Assembly: GCA_963794405.1 (NCBI GenBank) | Contig: CAWCDP010000007.1 | Location: 156,067-220,066, forward strand | Length of the DNA stretch: 64,000 nt | DNA from: an uncultured Actinomycetota bacterium | GTDB lineage: Bacteria > Actinomycetota > Actinomycetes > Propionibacteriales > Propionibacteriaceae | Reading direction: 5' to 3' | In this document: positions 19,172 to 29,445 of the stretch, one piece after another | Layout of the letters: each line of letters opens with the position of its first letter | How positions within the stretch are numbered: position 1 is the first letter of the stretch | Notes under the pieces: model-generated | What the model saw: only the letters and a program-made list of their open reading frames with translations | What the model was told of the DNA's origin: nothing | Database searches by the model: none | Translations under genes and position numbers: made by a program

Positions 19172-19507
19172 TCACCAGGCGTCGGTGGTCCGGATCTCGA
19201 GCATCACGCAACCGTCGTCGGTGCGGTAGGGGCCGTGGGGCATGCCCGGACGGCGCGAGGCGTACCAACCGGGGCCGAAGGTCTGGGCCAGGCTCAGGTC
19301 GGTGAGGGACCCCTCCAGCAGGTAGACCTCCTCGTGGAACTGGTGCCGCACGACCCCACCGGCGGAGGTGTCGTGACCCGCCGGCCAGCGCGCGATCCGG
19401 GTCAGGGTCACCCCGTCCTCACCGCGGCTCAGCACCCGTTGCTCGACGGCGCCGTCGCGCTGCCACGGCAGGTCGTCGACTCGGAAGAACTCGAACTCCT
19501 CGCGCAT
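19172..19507 (-). CDS. cupin domain protein
   Basis: Trimmed to MREEFEFF at 19507 (111 aa). Beta-barrel motif HQFHEEVYLLEG ... PHGPY. Confidence 0.7.
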   Translation of the reverse strand: MREEFEFFRVDDLPWQRDGAVEQRVLSRGEDGVTLTRIARWPAGHDTSAGGVVRHQFHEEVYLLEGSLTDLSLAQTFGPGWYASRRPGMPHGPYRTDDGCVMLEIRTTDAW

Positions 19508-19581
19508 GGGCGCAGTCTGGCACCGATCGACCGGCCCCGGTGGCCGGCCGTTCGTCGCGGAACGGCCGGCCGCGGAGAACG

Positions 19582-21316
19582 TCAGCGACCGACCGCGTAG
19601 CCCTGCGCGCCCCGGGAGTTCGCACCGGCCTTGAGCCAGCCGCCCTCCCGCGCCACGGCACTGACCCGACCCAGCGACCAGTCCCCCGTGACGTCCAGCC
19701 GGTGCCCACGCTCGGCGAGCGCCGCCCGGACCTCGGCCGGGTGCCGCGACTCCAGCCGCAGGTGCGCCTGGAGGAAACCGTGGGGATGGAAGGAGTCGAT
19801 CATCGCGGCGGTGTCGAACGACGGCCGGTCGATGGCCTGCTGCAGGTTGTCGCCGCTGTGCAGCAGGTTCAGCAGCACGTGCAGCGACCACTGGTCCTGG
19901 CTGTCACCGCCCGGGGTGCCGAAGGCCAGCCAGGGCTCCCCGTCGCGCAGGGCGAGCGACGGTGACAGCGTCGTCCGCGGCCGCATCCCGGGTCGCAGCG
20001 TGTTCGGCAGGCCCTCGGTCAGGGCGAACATCTGTCCCCGGGTGCCCAGGCAGAAGCCGAGCTCAGGGATGGTCGGGGACGACTGCAACCAGCCGCCGCT
20101 GGGTGTCGCGGAGATCATCAGCCCGTTCGCGTCCACCACGTCGAGGTGGCAGGTGTCACCGCGGGGCGGACCGAGGGTCGGCTCGCCCCCGCCGGGGGTC
20201 CAGCCCTCGGCCGTCTCGACCAGGTACGGCGGCAGGACCGGCGCGCGCCCTTCAGGTGACCCCGGCCGGAGGTCCGGTGAGGCCGTGTCGGTGATCAGGC
20301 GAGCGCGCTGCGACGCGTACGCCGAGGACAGCAGCGTGGTCAGCGGCACGTCGGTCACCCGCGGATCGCCGTACCAGGCGTCGCGGTCGGCGAAGGCCAG
20401 CTTGCTGGCCTCGGTGATCAGGTGGATCCACTCCGCACTGCCGGGCTCGAGCTCGGCCAGACCCGCTGCCTCGAGCAGGGCGAGCTGCTGCAGCATCACC
20501 GGCCCCTGCCCCCAGGGACCGGTCTTGGCCACCGTCACACCGCCGTAGGTGCCGGTCACCGGGTCCTCGACGCTCGCCGCCCAGGAGGCCAGGTCCTGAC
20601 CGGTCAGCAGCCCGTCGTGGCTCTCGGGCGAACCGGTCGACGGCGTCGGCGACGAACCCCTCGTACCAGGCTCGACGGGCCGCCTCGAGCTGCTCCTCCC
20701 GGTCGGGGCCGGCCGCTTCGGCCTCGGCCACGAGCCGCCGGTAGGTGGCGGCCAGCGTGGGGTTCCGGAACCGCTCGTTCGCCCGTCGGGGTCGTCCCTC
20801 GGCCAGCCAGAGCGCCGCCGACGTCGGCCAGCGGCTCCGGAAGTGGTCGGCCGAGCTGTTCACCGTGGTCGCCGCCGTCGGCAGCAGCGGGTGCCCGCGG
20901 TCGGCCAGTCCGATGGCGGGTTCGAGCACGTCGGCCAGCGACCAGGTGCCCCAGCCCGCCAACAGGGTCAGCCACCCGCCGAAGGCACCCGGCACCACGG
21001 CGGCCAGCAGACCCGTACCGGGGATGACGTCGACCCCGCGCTGCCGCATGGCCGCGGGGGTCGCGGCCGCCGGAGACACGCCCTGCCCGCAGATCACCCG
21101 GACGGCCGCCACATCGGGATCCCAGAGCAGCACCGGCAGGTCGCCGCCCGGACCGTTGAGGTGCGGCTCCACCACCTGCAGGGCGAAACCGGCGGCGACG
21201 GCCGCGTCGGCGGCGTTGCCGCCCCGCTCCAGCACCCCCATCCCGACGGCGGAGGCGATCCAGTGGGTGCTGGCGACCATCCCGAGGTCGCCGACGAGCT
21301 CAGGCCGTGTGGTCAT
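19582..21316 (-). pseudogene. cytoplasmic gamma-glutamyltransferase-family gene split by a +1 frameshift
   Basis: ORFs 20252..21316 and 19582..20559 are the N- and C-terminal parts of one GGT-fold protein (no signal peptide; GDTCHLDVVD nucleophile region). Frames rejoin as VDRFA-ESHDGLLTGQDLASW if one base is removed from the GGG run at 20626-20628. Confidence 0.8.
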
Positions 21317-22178
21317 CCAGCCAGTCGATCACGAGGGTGGTGATCTCGTCACGGTTGGTCTCGTTGAAGATCTCGTGCCGGGCCTGGGAGAACAGTCGGA
21401 CGGTGACGTCGTCGAGGCCAGCCTCCCGGTAGCGCTGACCGACGGTCTCCACCAGCGCGCCGCCACCGGCCAGCGGATCGGCGTCGCCGGAGACGATCAG
21501 GATCGGCAGGTCCGTGCGGATCCCGGCCAGCACGGCACCCTCGGCGAGCCGACTCGCCGATCCGAACATCTGCTGCATCACGTCCGGCGAGGCCTCGAAA
21601 CCGCACCAGGGATCGGCGACGTAGGCGTCGACCTCGGCCTCGTCGCGGCTGAGCCACTCGTAGCCCGTCCGGTGCACGAACCCGGCGTTGAACGCGCTGA
21701 GATCGCCGCTGGACTCGCCCCCACCCGCCGCCAGGCCCTGCGCCATCAGGTCCATCGCCGTGGTGCCGGACAGCGCCACCCCGGCCCAGACGTCGGAGTG
21801 GTCGACGATCGCCTGCTGGGCGGCGAAGGACCCCATCGAGTGAGCGACCAGGAACAGCGGCAGCCCGGGATCGCGGCCGGCGACCGCCCGACCGACGGCG
21901 GCCAGATCGGCCACCAGGCCGTCCCAGCCGGCCGCGCCGAACGAGCCCAGGGCGTCGGCCGCCTCACCGGTCGCTCCGTGGCCGCGGTGGTCGTGGGCCC
22001 GCACCAGGTAGCCGGCGGCGTTGAGTGCGGTGGCCAGCCGGTCGTAGCGTCCCGCGTGCTCGGCCAGGCCATGCGCGATCTGCACCACACCGCGAGGATC
22101 CTCGACCTCGCTCCAGCTGTAGGTGGTCAGGGACAGGTCGCCGGCTGCGGACGGCATCGTCGCCGTGGAGAAGCTCAT
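21300..22178 (-). CDS. alpha/beta hydrolase (lysophospholipase/monoacylglycerol-lipase-like)
   Basis: 292 aa with HGLAEHAGRY and the nucleophile elbow AHSMGS. The start overlaps the GH43 stop by 4 nt. Confidence 0.8.
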   Translation of the reverse strand: MSFSTATMPSAAGDLSLTTYSWSEVEDPRGVVQIAHGLAEHAGRYDRLATALNAAGYLVRAHDHRGHGATGEAADALGSFGAAGWDGLVADLAAVGRAVAGRDPGLPLFLVAHSMGSFAAQQAIVDHSDVWAGVALSGTTAMDLMAQGLAAGGGESSGDLSAFNAGFVHRTGYEWLSRDEAEVDAYVADPWCGFEASPDVMQQMFGSASRLAEGAVLAGIRTDLPILIVSGDADPLAGGGALVETVGQRYREAGLDDVTVRLFSQARHEIFNETNRDEITTLVIDWLDDHTA

Positions 22179-24388
22179 GGCACCAGACGATAGAACCGCA
22201 GGTAGTCGAATGTCGCTTCCGCGGCCGGCTCCGCGCCGCCGTGGGCGACCAGACCGATGCGCGGCGTGTCACCCGGAGCGAACGTCCAGGTGGCGCCCCA
22301 GGTCCACGCCCGTCCGTCCCGGCTGGTGCCGGCCCGGAAGAGGTGCTCCCCCGCCCGGTTCGTGGTGTGCGCGAGCCGCAGCCACACCGTCGGGGCGGGG
22401 GTGCCGATCACCGCACCGCCGTACGAGGTCCGGCCGTCGCCGGTGGCCACCAGCTCCCGGCCGAACTCGGTCTGCCGGGTGTTCCAGATGGCGACCGCTC
22501 CGAGACGGGCGAAGTCGTCGTCGCCGCGGTAGGCGACCAGGCCGGCCTGCTGGTAGTTGCGGACGGTGTCCACCCCGAGGTCGAGATGCACCTTGGTCTC
22601 CACGATCCAGTCACCGGCCGGCGGGCGGCGCAACAGCACTGTCGCGTTGTTGCTCCCCCCGGTGAGGTCGGTGGAGGTGAGACGCCAGCGCAGCTGTCCG
22701 CCGGACACCGCGAGGTCGTCGGCCGGCCGCACCACGTCCCAGCCCGCCAGGGCCGGACCGTCGAACTCGTCGCCACTCAGCTGACGACCCGCCGTCGGCA
22801 CCGGAGCCGCCACCGTGACCGGTCGGGCCAGCGGTCTGATCGAGAGGTTGTCCAGCAGCGTGTCAGTGCCCACCACCTGCGCCGGTGCCCTGGACACCGA
22901 GAAACCGCGCACGGTGGTGGCCACCTCGGCCGCCGGATCGGCCAGATCCGACGAGCTCACCTGGGCGCTCAGCCGAGGTCCGTCGGCGGTGACCAGCAGG
23001 GTCCGCCAGCCGCGGGCGAACGGGACTCTGGTGCTCACCGCTGCTCCCCGGTCGGCGCGTAGCGTCAGCCGCTGCCCGACCGGATCGAAGGTCACCCGCA
23101 GCTGACCTGCGCCGCGACCGAGCACCACCGTGGTGGCGCGGTCACCGCGCAGGTCGCTCCGGAACCGGAGGCGGTCGGCGGGCGCCGGTCGCACGGTGGT
23201 GGCGACGCCGCGCACCCGCGCGGTCGCTCCCGCCTGGGCGTCGTCGGGGCCGCGGGTGAGTCCCCAGACGCCACCGGCCGCCGGGTCGGCAGCGGTGATG
23301 CCGAGCGCCGAGCCGCTCACCGGGACGGTCTGGCGTCCGGCACTGGGTCCGGCTCCGGCCCTGGTGCGGGGCCAGCCGTCGATCCAGTCCAGCCGGTCCA
23401 GCAGCATCGGACGGCGGTTGATCCCGAACGGCTCGTTCAGCCAGGGGTCGGAGCGGTCGATGGCGTGGTAGGCGATGAAGGTCTGACCGGCGGTGTCGGT
23501 CACGACCGCGTGGTGGCCGGCTCCCACCCAGGCGTTGCCGTTCTGGGTGAGCACCGTCGTGCCGCCCACGGCAGAGGCCAGCAGCGAGATGCCGTCGGCG
23601 TCCACGAACGGCCCCAGCGGCGACCGCGAGCGACCCGCGAAGACGGAGTAGCCGGTGGTCGGCCCGGCGCAGCAGTTGGCCGCCGAACCCATCAGGTAGT
23701 ACCAGCCGTCGTGGCGGACCACGTAGCTGCCCTCGTAGCGGTTGTCGATGGCCACCTGGGTCGGTGTCCCGGTCGCCCGGAGCCCGTCCTCGCTGACCCG
23801 GGTGACCCACAGCCCCCCGAAGTACGAGCCGTAGTACAGGTAGGAGTGCCCGTCGACGTCGGTGAAGCCGGCCGGGTCGAAGGTCCACAGGAACCCGCCG
23901 CCCCCCGCAGGCCGAGGCGCCACCACCGGAGCGTCTCCCGGGGTCCACGGTCCGGTCGGGGAGGGGGCGGTGGCCACCCCGATCGCAGAGTCGTCGCCGG
24001 CGTTCAGCGTGGTGTCGGTGACGGTGTAGTAGAGCACGTAGCGACCACCGACGTAGCGGATGTCGGGAGCCCACAGCCCGGAGGTCGCGGTCGCCCAGGA
24101 CGGCCGGTTCGTGTCGTCGAACACGGTGCCCAGGTAGTCCCAGGTCCGCCAGTCCTTCGTCCGGGCGATGTGCATGATGCCCGGCTCGTCACCGGCCCGG
24201 AGCGGGTCGGCGGTCGAGTACGCGTACCACCAGCCGTCCTTGCCCTGGATCAGCGCCGGGTCGGCGAAGGTGTCGGCGAAGGAGGCGCTGATCGGGTTCC
24301 GGTACGTCTCGCCGGGCCCGCGGGCGTCGGCCGGTGGTGAGGCGGACAGGATCAGCAACAGGCCCAGCAGCGGGATCAGCGCCTTCAT
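22175..24388 (-). CDS. secreted glycoside hydrolase family 43 with C-terminal concanavalin/LamG-like modules
   Basis: 737 aa with a signal peptide (KALIPLLGLLLILSASPPADA). GH43 five-bladed propeller motifs: FADPALI, WAPDIRY, YYGSYFGG. Confidence 0.85.
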   Translation of the reverse strand: MKALIPLLGLLLILSASPPADARGPGETYRNPISASFADTFADPALIQGKDGWWYAYSTADPLRAGDEPGIMHIARTKDWRTWDYLGTVFDDTNRPSWATATSGLWAPDIRYVGGRYVLYYTVTDTTLNAGDDSAIGVATAPSPTGPWTPGDAPVVAPRPAGGGGFLWTFDPAGFTDVDGHSYLYYGSYFGGLWVTRVSEDGLRATGTPTQVAIDNRYEGSYVVRHDGWYYLMGSAANCCAGPTTGYSVFAGRSRSPLGPFVDADGISLLASAVGGTTVLTQNGNAWVGAGHHAVVTDTAGQTFIAYHAIDRSDPWLNEPFGINRRPMLLDRLDWIDGWPRTRAGAGPSAGRQTVPVSGSALGITAADPAAGGVWGLTRGPDDAQAGATARVRGVATTVRPAPADRLRFRSDLRGDRATTVVLGRGAGQLRVTFDPVGQRLTLRADRGAAVSTRVPFARGWRTLLVTADGPRLSAQVSSSDLADPAAEVATTVRGFSVSRAPAQVVGTDTLLDNLSIRPLARPVTVAAPVPTAGRQLSGDEFDGPALAGWDVVRPADDLAVSGGQLRWRLTSTDLTGGSNNATVLLRRPPAGDWIVETKVHLDLGVDTVRNYQQAGLVAYRGDDDFARLGAVAIWNTRQTEFGRELVATGDGRTSYGGAVIGTPAPTVWLRLAHTTNRAGEHLFRAGTSRDGRAWTWGATWTFAPGDTPRIGLVAHGGAEPAAEATFDYLRFYRLVP

Positions 24389-24397
24389 CGTCCTACC

Positions 24398-26215
24398 TCA
24401 CAGCTCGTAGGCGGCCGGGCGCTGCTGGGCCTTGCGGACCCGCTCCACGTCCAGCTTGTCGGACCGGTCGAACCGGTAGATCCCGTTCTCCTCCTGGAAC
24501 ACGTCGGTCAGCTGGGTGTAGCAGTAACCGAACATCTGCGGGTCGTCGAGCAGCACGCCGGTGAGGCCCTCGAAGCGGGCGTGGAAGCCCTCCTCGTCGC
24601 GCACCCGGTCGCCGTACCCCCAGGACTCGGTCCGCACCCGACCGTCGGCGTCCAGGGCGTCCGGGTTCCACCAGATGCCGCCGAACTCGGAGACGAAGTA
24701 GGGCTGGCCCGCGTACGGCTGCGAGATCTCCGCGCCGTCGTGCCGGTTGGCGTACGGACGTCCGCTCGCCAGGCCGGCCTGGTTCGCCGCGAAGCGCTCC
24801 GGATCCTGCTCGTAGTCGTGGCTGTCCCAGACGTCGGTCTCGGTGACCCGGTGGGAGTAGCCGCTGGCGTCCAGCACCGGCCGGGACGGGTCGGCCAGCC
24901 GGGTCGCCCAGAACATCGCCTGGGTGACGTCGTCGAGCTGGGTGATCCGGTCGTGCAGCCGCTGGTGGGTCTCGTTCAGCGGGCACCAGCCGATGATGCT
25001 GGGGTGGTTGCGGTCGCGGCGCAGCACGTCCAGCCACTGCGCGACGAAGCTGGCGGTCGGCTGCTGGTGGTCGGTGTCGATGCCACCCAGGCTGGCGCCC
25101 CAGTCGCCGAACTCGGCCCACACCAGGTAGCCGAGGCGATCGGCGTGGAAGTAGAACCGCTCCTCGAACACCTTCTGGTGCAGCCGGGCCCCGTTGAAGC
25201 CGGCGGCCAGCGACAGCTCGATGTCGGCGCGCAGGGCCTCGTCGCTCGGCGAGGTCATCAGCGACTCCGGCCAGTAACCCTGGTCCAGCACCAGCCGCTG
25301 GAACACCTGTCGACCGTTGATCTTGACGGCGAGGCCGTCGATGCTGATCGAACGCAGTCCGGTGTAGCTCTGCACCCGGTCGACCTCGGCACCGGTGTCG
25401 TCGGTCAGGGTGAGGGTCAGGTCGTAGAGGTGCGGATCCTCGGTCGACCACGGCCGGACCCGGTCCGCGGGGACCGTGAGGGTCACCGACGGCGCGCGGT
25501 CCAGGTCGACCCGGGTCGAGGCCGAGACGACCTCCCCGGCGGCGTCGGCCAGGATCGCCGTCGCCGTCCACCCCGGCCGGTTCTGGGTCACGGGCAGACC
25601 CACGACGAAGGAGCCGTCACCCAGGTTGGGGGTGACCGCACCGCGTTGCAGGTGCACCTCGGGCACGGCCTCCAGCCAGACGGTCTGCCAGATGCCGGTG
25701 GTCCGGGTGTAGACGCAGTCGTGGTTGGCGAACTCCCGCGCCTGCTTGCCCCGGGCCTGCGGTCCGTGCCGGGTGTCCCGGGCCCGGACCACGATCGTCG
25801 CCTCGCCGACCCCGACGCCCCCGACACCGGCACCGACAGCCAGGGCGGCGGTGATGTCGGCGTCGAAGGAGGTGAACCCGCCCCGGTGCCGGACGACCTC
25901 CACGTCGTTCACCCAGACGGTGGCGTCGTGGTCGACGGCGCCGAAGTGCAGGATCACCCGCCGCCCGGCCCAGTCCGCCGGCACGGTGACCGTCCGGCGG
26001 TACCAGACCGCCTCGAGGAAGTCGGTGTTCCCGACGCCCGAGGCTTCGCTCTCCGGCGCGAACGGCACCAGGATCGAGTCCGCGAGCTCAGCGGTCCGCA
26101 GTCCTCGCTCGAGACCGCTGTCGGCGGTGTCGACCTCGAACTGCCAGGAGCCGTTGAGGGTGATCCAGTCCGGTCGGAAGAACTGCGGACGGGGGTGTTC
26201 CGGTTTCGGGATCAT
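24398..26215 (-). CDS. glycoside hydrolase family 2
   Basis: Trimmed to MIPKPEHPRPQ at 26215 (605 aa). Motifs: HFGAVDHDATVWVN, NHPSIIGWCPLNE, YFVSEFGG. Confidence 0.8.
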   Translation of the reverse strand: MIPKPEHPRPQFFRPDWITLNGSWQFEVDTADSGLERGLRTAELADSILVPFAPESEASGVGNTDFLEAVWYRRTVTVPADWAGRRVILHFGAVDHDATVWVNDVEVVRHRGGFTSFDADITAALAVGAGVGGVGVGEATIVVRARDTRHGPQARGKQAREFANHDCVYTRTTGIWQTVWLEAVPEVHLQRGAVTPNLGDGSFVVGLPVTQNRPGWTATAILADAAGEVVSASTRVDLDRAPSVTLTVPADRVRPWSTEDPHLYDLTLTLTDDTGAEVDRVQSYTGLRSISIDGLAVKINGRQVFQRLVLDQGYWPESLMTSPSDEALRADIELSLAAGFNGARLHQKVFEERFYFHADRLGYLVWAEFGDWGASLGGIDTDHQQPTASFVAQWLDVLRRDRNHPSIIGWCPLNETHQRLHDRITQLDDVTQAMFWATRLADPSRPVLDASGYSHRVTETDVWDSHDYEQDPERFAANQAGLASGRPYANRHDGAEISQPYAGQPYFVSEFGGIWWNPDALDADGRVRTESWGYGDRVRDEEGFHARFEGLTGVLLDDPQMFGYCYTQLTDVFQEENGIYRFDRSDKLDVERVRKAQQRPAAYEL

Positions 26216-26223
26216 GCGACAGG

Positions 26224-27129
26224 TCAGCCTTTCAGGCCGCTGGTGGCTACGCCTTCGATCACGTAGCGCTGGACGAAGACGAACAGGATGAGCACCGGCA
26301 GGGCCGCCACAGACGCGCCCGCCATCACCACGGGGTAGTCGATGTTGTAGGCGGCCTGGAGGGTGGCCAGGCCCGCCGGCAGCGTCAGCCGCTCGGGTGA
26401 GAACAGCACGAAGACGGGCCAGACGAAGTCGTTCCAGTTGCCCAGGAAGGCGAGCACTCCCAAGGTGACCATGGCCGGCTTGGCGTTGGGCAGCACGATG
26501 CGCGTGAAGATCTGCCAGGTGTTGGCCCCGTCGATGAGCGCGCTCTCCTCCAGCTCCCGCGGGATCGCCAGGAAGAACTGCCGGAGGAAGAACACCCCGA
26601 ACGCCCCGGCGGCGCCCGGCACGATGAGGGCGATCAGGGTGTCCAGCCACCCCAGCTGGTCCATGATCAGGTAGTTCGGCATCAAGAAGATGAAGCCGGG
26701 CACGAACAGGGTCGCGATGATGATCACGAACAACGCGTTCTTGCCCCGGAACTGCATCCGGGCCAAGGGATAGGCGGCCATCGAGGCCACCAGCACCACG
26801 AGCAGTGCGTGGGCTGCGGCCGCGATGAAGGAGTTGGCCGCCCACAGGAACACCGGGTTCTGCTCGTCGGCGAACAGCAGCCGGTAGGCCCGGAGCGTGA
26901 ACTCGTCCGGGATGAGGGTCATCGGGATCCGCCGGGAGTCCTCGACCGTGCGGAAGGACGTGAGGAACATCCACAGCAACGGCACCACGAAGACCAGTGC
27001 GAGCAGGACGATGCCGACCCAGAAGACCGGACCGTTGCGGTCCTGGCTGTAGGCCCGACGTCGCCGGGTCGGAGCCGACGGCTCCGCGGGGCGGGCGAGC
27101 TCGTCGTTCGTGGGCTCGGTCAGGGTCAT
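26224..27129 (-). CDS. carbohydrate ABC transporter permease
   Basis: Trimmed to MTLTEP at 27129. Contains the EAA-loop region ELEESALIDGA. Confidence 0.88.
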   Translation of the reverse strand: MTLTEPTNDELARPAEPSAPTRRRRAYSQDRNGPVFWVGIVLLALVFVVPLLWMFLTSFRTVEDSRRIPMTLIPDEFTLRAYRLLFADEQNPVFLWAANSFIAAAAHALLVVLVASMAAYPLARMQFRGKNALFVIIIATLFVPGFIFLMPNYLIMDQLGWLDTLIALIVPGAAGAFGVFFLRQFFLAIPRELEESALIDGANTWQIFTRIVLPNAKPAMVTLGVLAFLGNWNDFVWPVFVLFSPERLTLPAGLATLQAAYNIDYPVVMAGASVAALPVLILFVFVQRYVIEGVATSGLKG

Positions 27130-28085
27130 TTCTTGTCCCTCTCGCGCAGGGCCAGGAAGTTGATGGCCGAGATGATGATCAAGAAGATGGCGAGGATGTA
27201 GCTCATGGCGGTGGCCGAGCCCATCTTGAACGAGCGCAGTCCCTCCTGGGTCATCACCATGATCGCGGTGCGGGTGCTGTCCCCGGGGCCGCCGTTGGTG
27301 ACCAGATAGGACTGGCCGAACATGTTGGCACTGGCCAGCACCGTCGTGGTCAGGATGAACACGAGGATGTTGCGCAGTCCGGGGATGGTCACGTAGAGGA
27401 ACTTGCCCCACACCCCGGCCCCGTCGAGTGAGGCGGCCTCGTAGTGGTCCCGGGGAATGCCCTGCAGACCTGCCAGGTAGATCACCGTGTTGAACCCGAG
27501 GGTCCACCAGACCGTCATGCCCACCAGCGCGACCCAGGCGGCCGGCTGCGTCTGGGTCCAGCCGATGGGGTCGATCCCGACCAGCCCGATCACGTAGTTG
27601 ATCAGGCCGAACTGGCTGTCCAGCAGATAGCGGAACAGCACCCCGATCACGGCGATGCCCAGCACGAAGGGCGCGAAGATGATCGCTCGGAACATCGACC
27701 GGGCAGGGAACGTCCGGTTCAGCATCAAGGCGATACCGAGCGGCACCAGGACCAGGAACGGCACGCTGGCCACGGTGAAGATGGCGGTGGCGCGCATCCC
27801 GTTCCAGAACGGCTCGAACGTGATCGAGTCGGGATCGACCAGGTCGAGGTAGTTCTGCAACCCGATGAACGGCTTGTTGGGCAGCAGGAAGTCCCAGTCG
27901 TGCAAGCTGACCCAGACGCCGAACACGGCCGGACCGAGCACGAACGCGCAGAGCAGCACCACGTACGGCAGCAGCATCAGGTAGGGAGTGATCGCGTGGT
28001 TGTGCCGAAGTCCCCCCCGCCGGGGCGGCGACGCCTCGATCGCCGCCTCGGTGGCCTCCGCCGTGGTGAAGGTGCTGCTGGTCAT
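27126..28085 (-). CDS. carbohydrate ABC transporter permease
   Basis: Trimmed to MTSSTF at 28085. Contains the EAA-loop region YEAASLDGAG. 4-nt overlaps on both sides. Confidence 0.88.
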   Translation of the reverse strand: MTSSTFTTAEATEAAIEASPPRRGGLRHNHAITPYLMLLPYVVLLCAFVLGPAVFGVWVSLHDWDFLLPNKPFIGLQNYLDLVDPDSITFEPFWNGMRATAIFTVASVPFLVLVPLGIALMLNRTFPARSMFRAIIFAPFVLGIAVIGVLFRYLLDSQFGLINYVIGLVGIDPIGWTQTQPAAWVALVGMTVWWTLGFNTVIYLAGLQGIPRDHYEAASLDGAGVWGKFLYVTIPGLRNILVFILTTTVLASANMFGQSYLVTNGGPGDSTRTAIMVMTQEGLRSFKMGSATAMSYILAIFLIIISAINFLALRERDKK

Positions 28086-29416
28086 CCGTACTTCTTCTGG
28101 TTGGCCACCAGGATCTTGTTGGCCTTCTCCGCCGCCGCCGGCAGCGCCTCGTCGACCGGCTTCTTGCCGAGCATCACCTCGCTGGTCGCGGTGACCCATT
28201 CCGGCATCACGTCGTTGACGCCGGGGATCGGCGGCACGAAGCGGATGTATTCGATCTGCTTGGCGAACTCGGTGACCGGTCCCATCTTGGCGAACTCGGG
28301 ATCCTCGCGGACGGAGTTGCGGGCAGGCACCATGCCGGCGGTGGCCCAGGTCAGCGACTGCTGGGAGATCCAGTTGATGAACACCCGAGAGGCGATCGCC
28401 TTGTTCGCGTCGGGGTTCTGCTGGCGAGGCAGCACGAACTGGTGCGACCCGGCCCAGGTGACCTGCTCACCGCCGATGTTGGGCACCGGCGCGGCGCCCC
28501 ACTTGAGCTTCTTGATCGCAGTCAGCGGGGTGGTGTTCCACGGACCGTTGATCATGAAGGCGGCCTTGTCGTTGGTGAAGGACACGAAGTCGCCGTCGCC
28601 GGCGGCGTTCTTGGGGCTGTAGCCGTTGTCGATCAGACCCTTCCACCAGGAGATGGCGTTCTGGGCGGGCTCCCCGCCGAACTCGGCGGTCAGACCGTCG
28701 TCGCTCACCATCTTGCCGCCGTACTGGTAGACGGTGGTCTGCGAGGACAGTCCGTTGACGCTGAGGGCCGAGGTCCACATGCCCTGGATGCCCTTGGACT
28801 TGCACTGCTCCAGGATGGCCATCAGCTCGTCGCCGGTGGTCGGCGGCTTCTCTGGGTCGGCCCCGACCTTCTCCAGCACGGTCTTGTTGTAGAAGAGCCC
28901 GGCCGGGTGGACGTCGAGCGGGATGCCGTACCGCTTCTCCTGGTAGAGCCCGCCGTTCCAGGCGATCGGCACGAAGTCGGCCTCGGTGAGCTTCAGGGCC
29001 GTCGCCACGTCATCGAGCGGCGAGATCACCTGTCGAGCCGCATTCGTGGCCAGGTCGTCATTGTGCATCAGACCGATCTCGGGCGCCTTGCCGTTGCTGA
29101 CCGCGGCCGGCAGCTTCTGGAAGTACTCGGCCCAGGCGATCGCGGTCATGCTGACCTTGATGTTGGCGTGCTCGGCATTGAACTGGTTGATCATCTTCCG
29201 CATGATCGGACCGTCGCCACCGGTGAGGCCGTTCCAGAAGGCCAGCGACACGGCGGGGCCGTCGTAGCCCTCCGAGCCGCCGCCGCCGGCGACGGACTGC
29301 TCCTGCCCGGGCGCGCCGGCCGAGCCCGGTGAGCAGGCCGAGAGACCGGCGGCCGTGGCCGCGAGTCCGAGGGCGCCGCCGAGCAGGGATCGGCGGCTGA
29401 GGGACGACGTTGTCAT
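28082..29416 (-). CDS. extracellular sugar-binding lipoprotein of the ABC importer
   Basis: Trimmed to MTTSSLSRRSLLGGALGLAATAAGLSAC at 29416 (twin-Arg signal plus lipobox Cys). No ATPase gene is present in the locus, which is usual where a shared MsiK-type ATPase serves several importers. Confidence 0.88.
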   Translation of the reverse strand: MTTSSLSRRSLLGGALGLAATAAGLSACSPGSAGAPGQEQSVAGGGGSEGYDGPAVSLAFWNGLTGGDGPIMRKMINQFNAEHANIKVSMTAIAWAEYFQKLPAAVSNGKAPEIGLMHNDDLATNAARQVISPLDDVATALKLTEADFVPIAWNGGLYQEKRYGIPLDVHPAGLFYNKTVLEKVGADPEKPPTTGDELMAILEQCKSKGIQGMWTSALSVNGLSSQTTVYQYGGKMVSDDGLTAEFGGEPAQNAISWWKGLIDNGYSPKNAAGDGDFVSFTNDKAAFMINGPWNTTPLTAIKKLKWGAAPVPNIGGEQVTWAGSHQFVLPRQQNPDANKAIASRVFINWISQQSLTWATAGMVPARNSVREDPEFAKMGPVTEFAKQIEYIRFVPPIPGVNDVMPEWVTATSEVMLGKKPVDEALPAAAEKANKILVANQKKYG

Positions 29417-29445
29417 GGTTCTCCTTGGGGATGGGGCGAGGCGAG

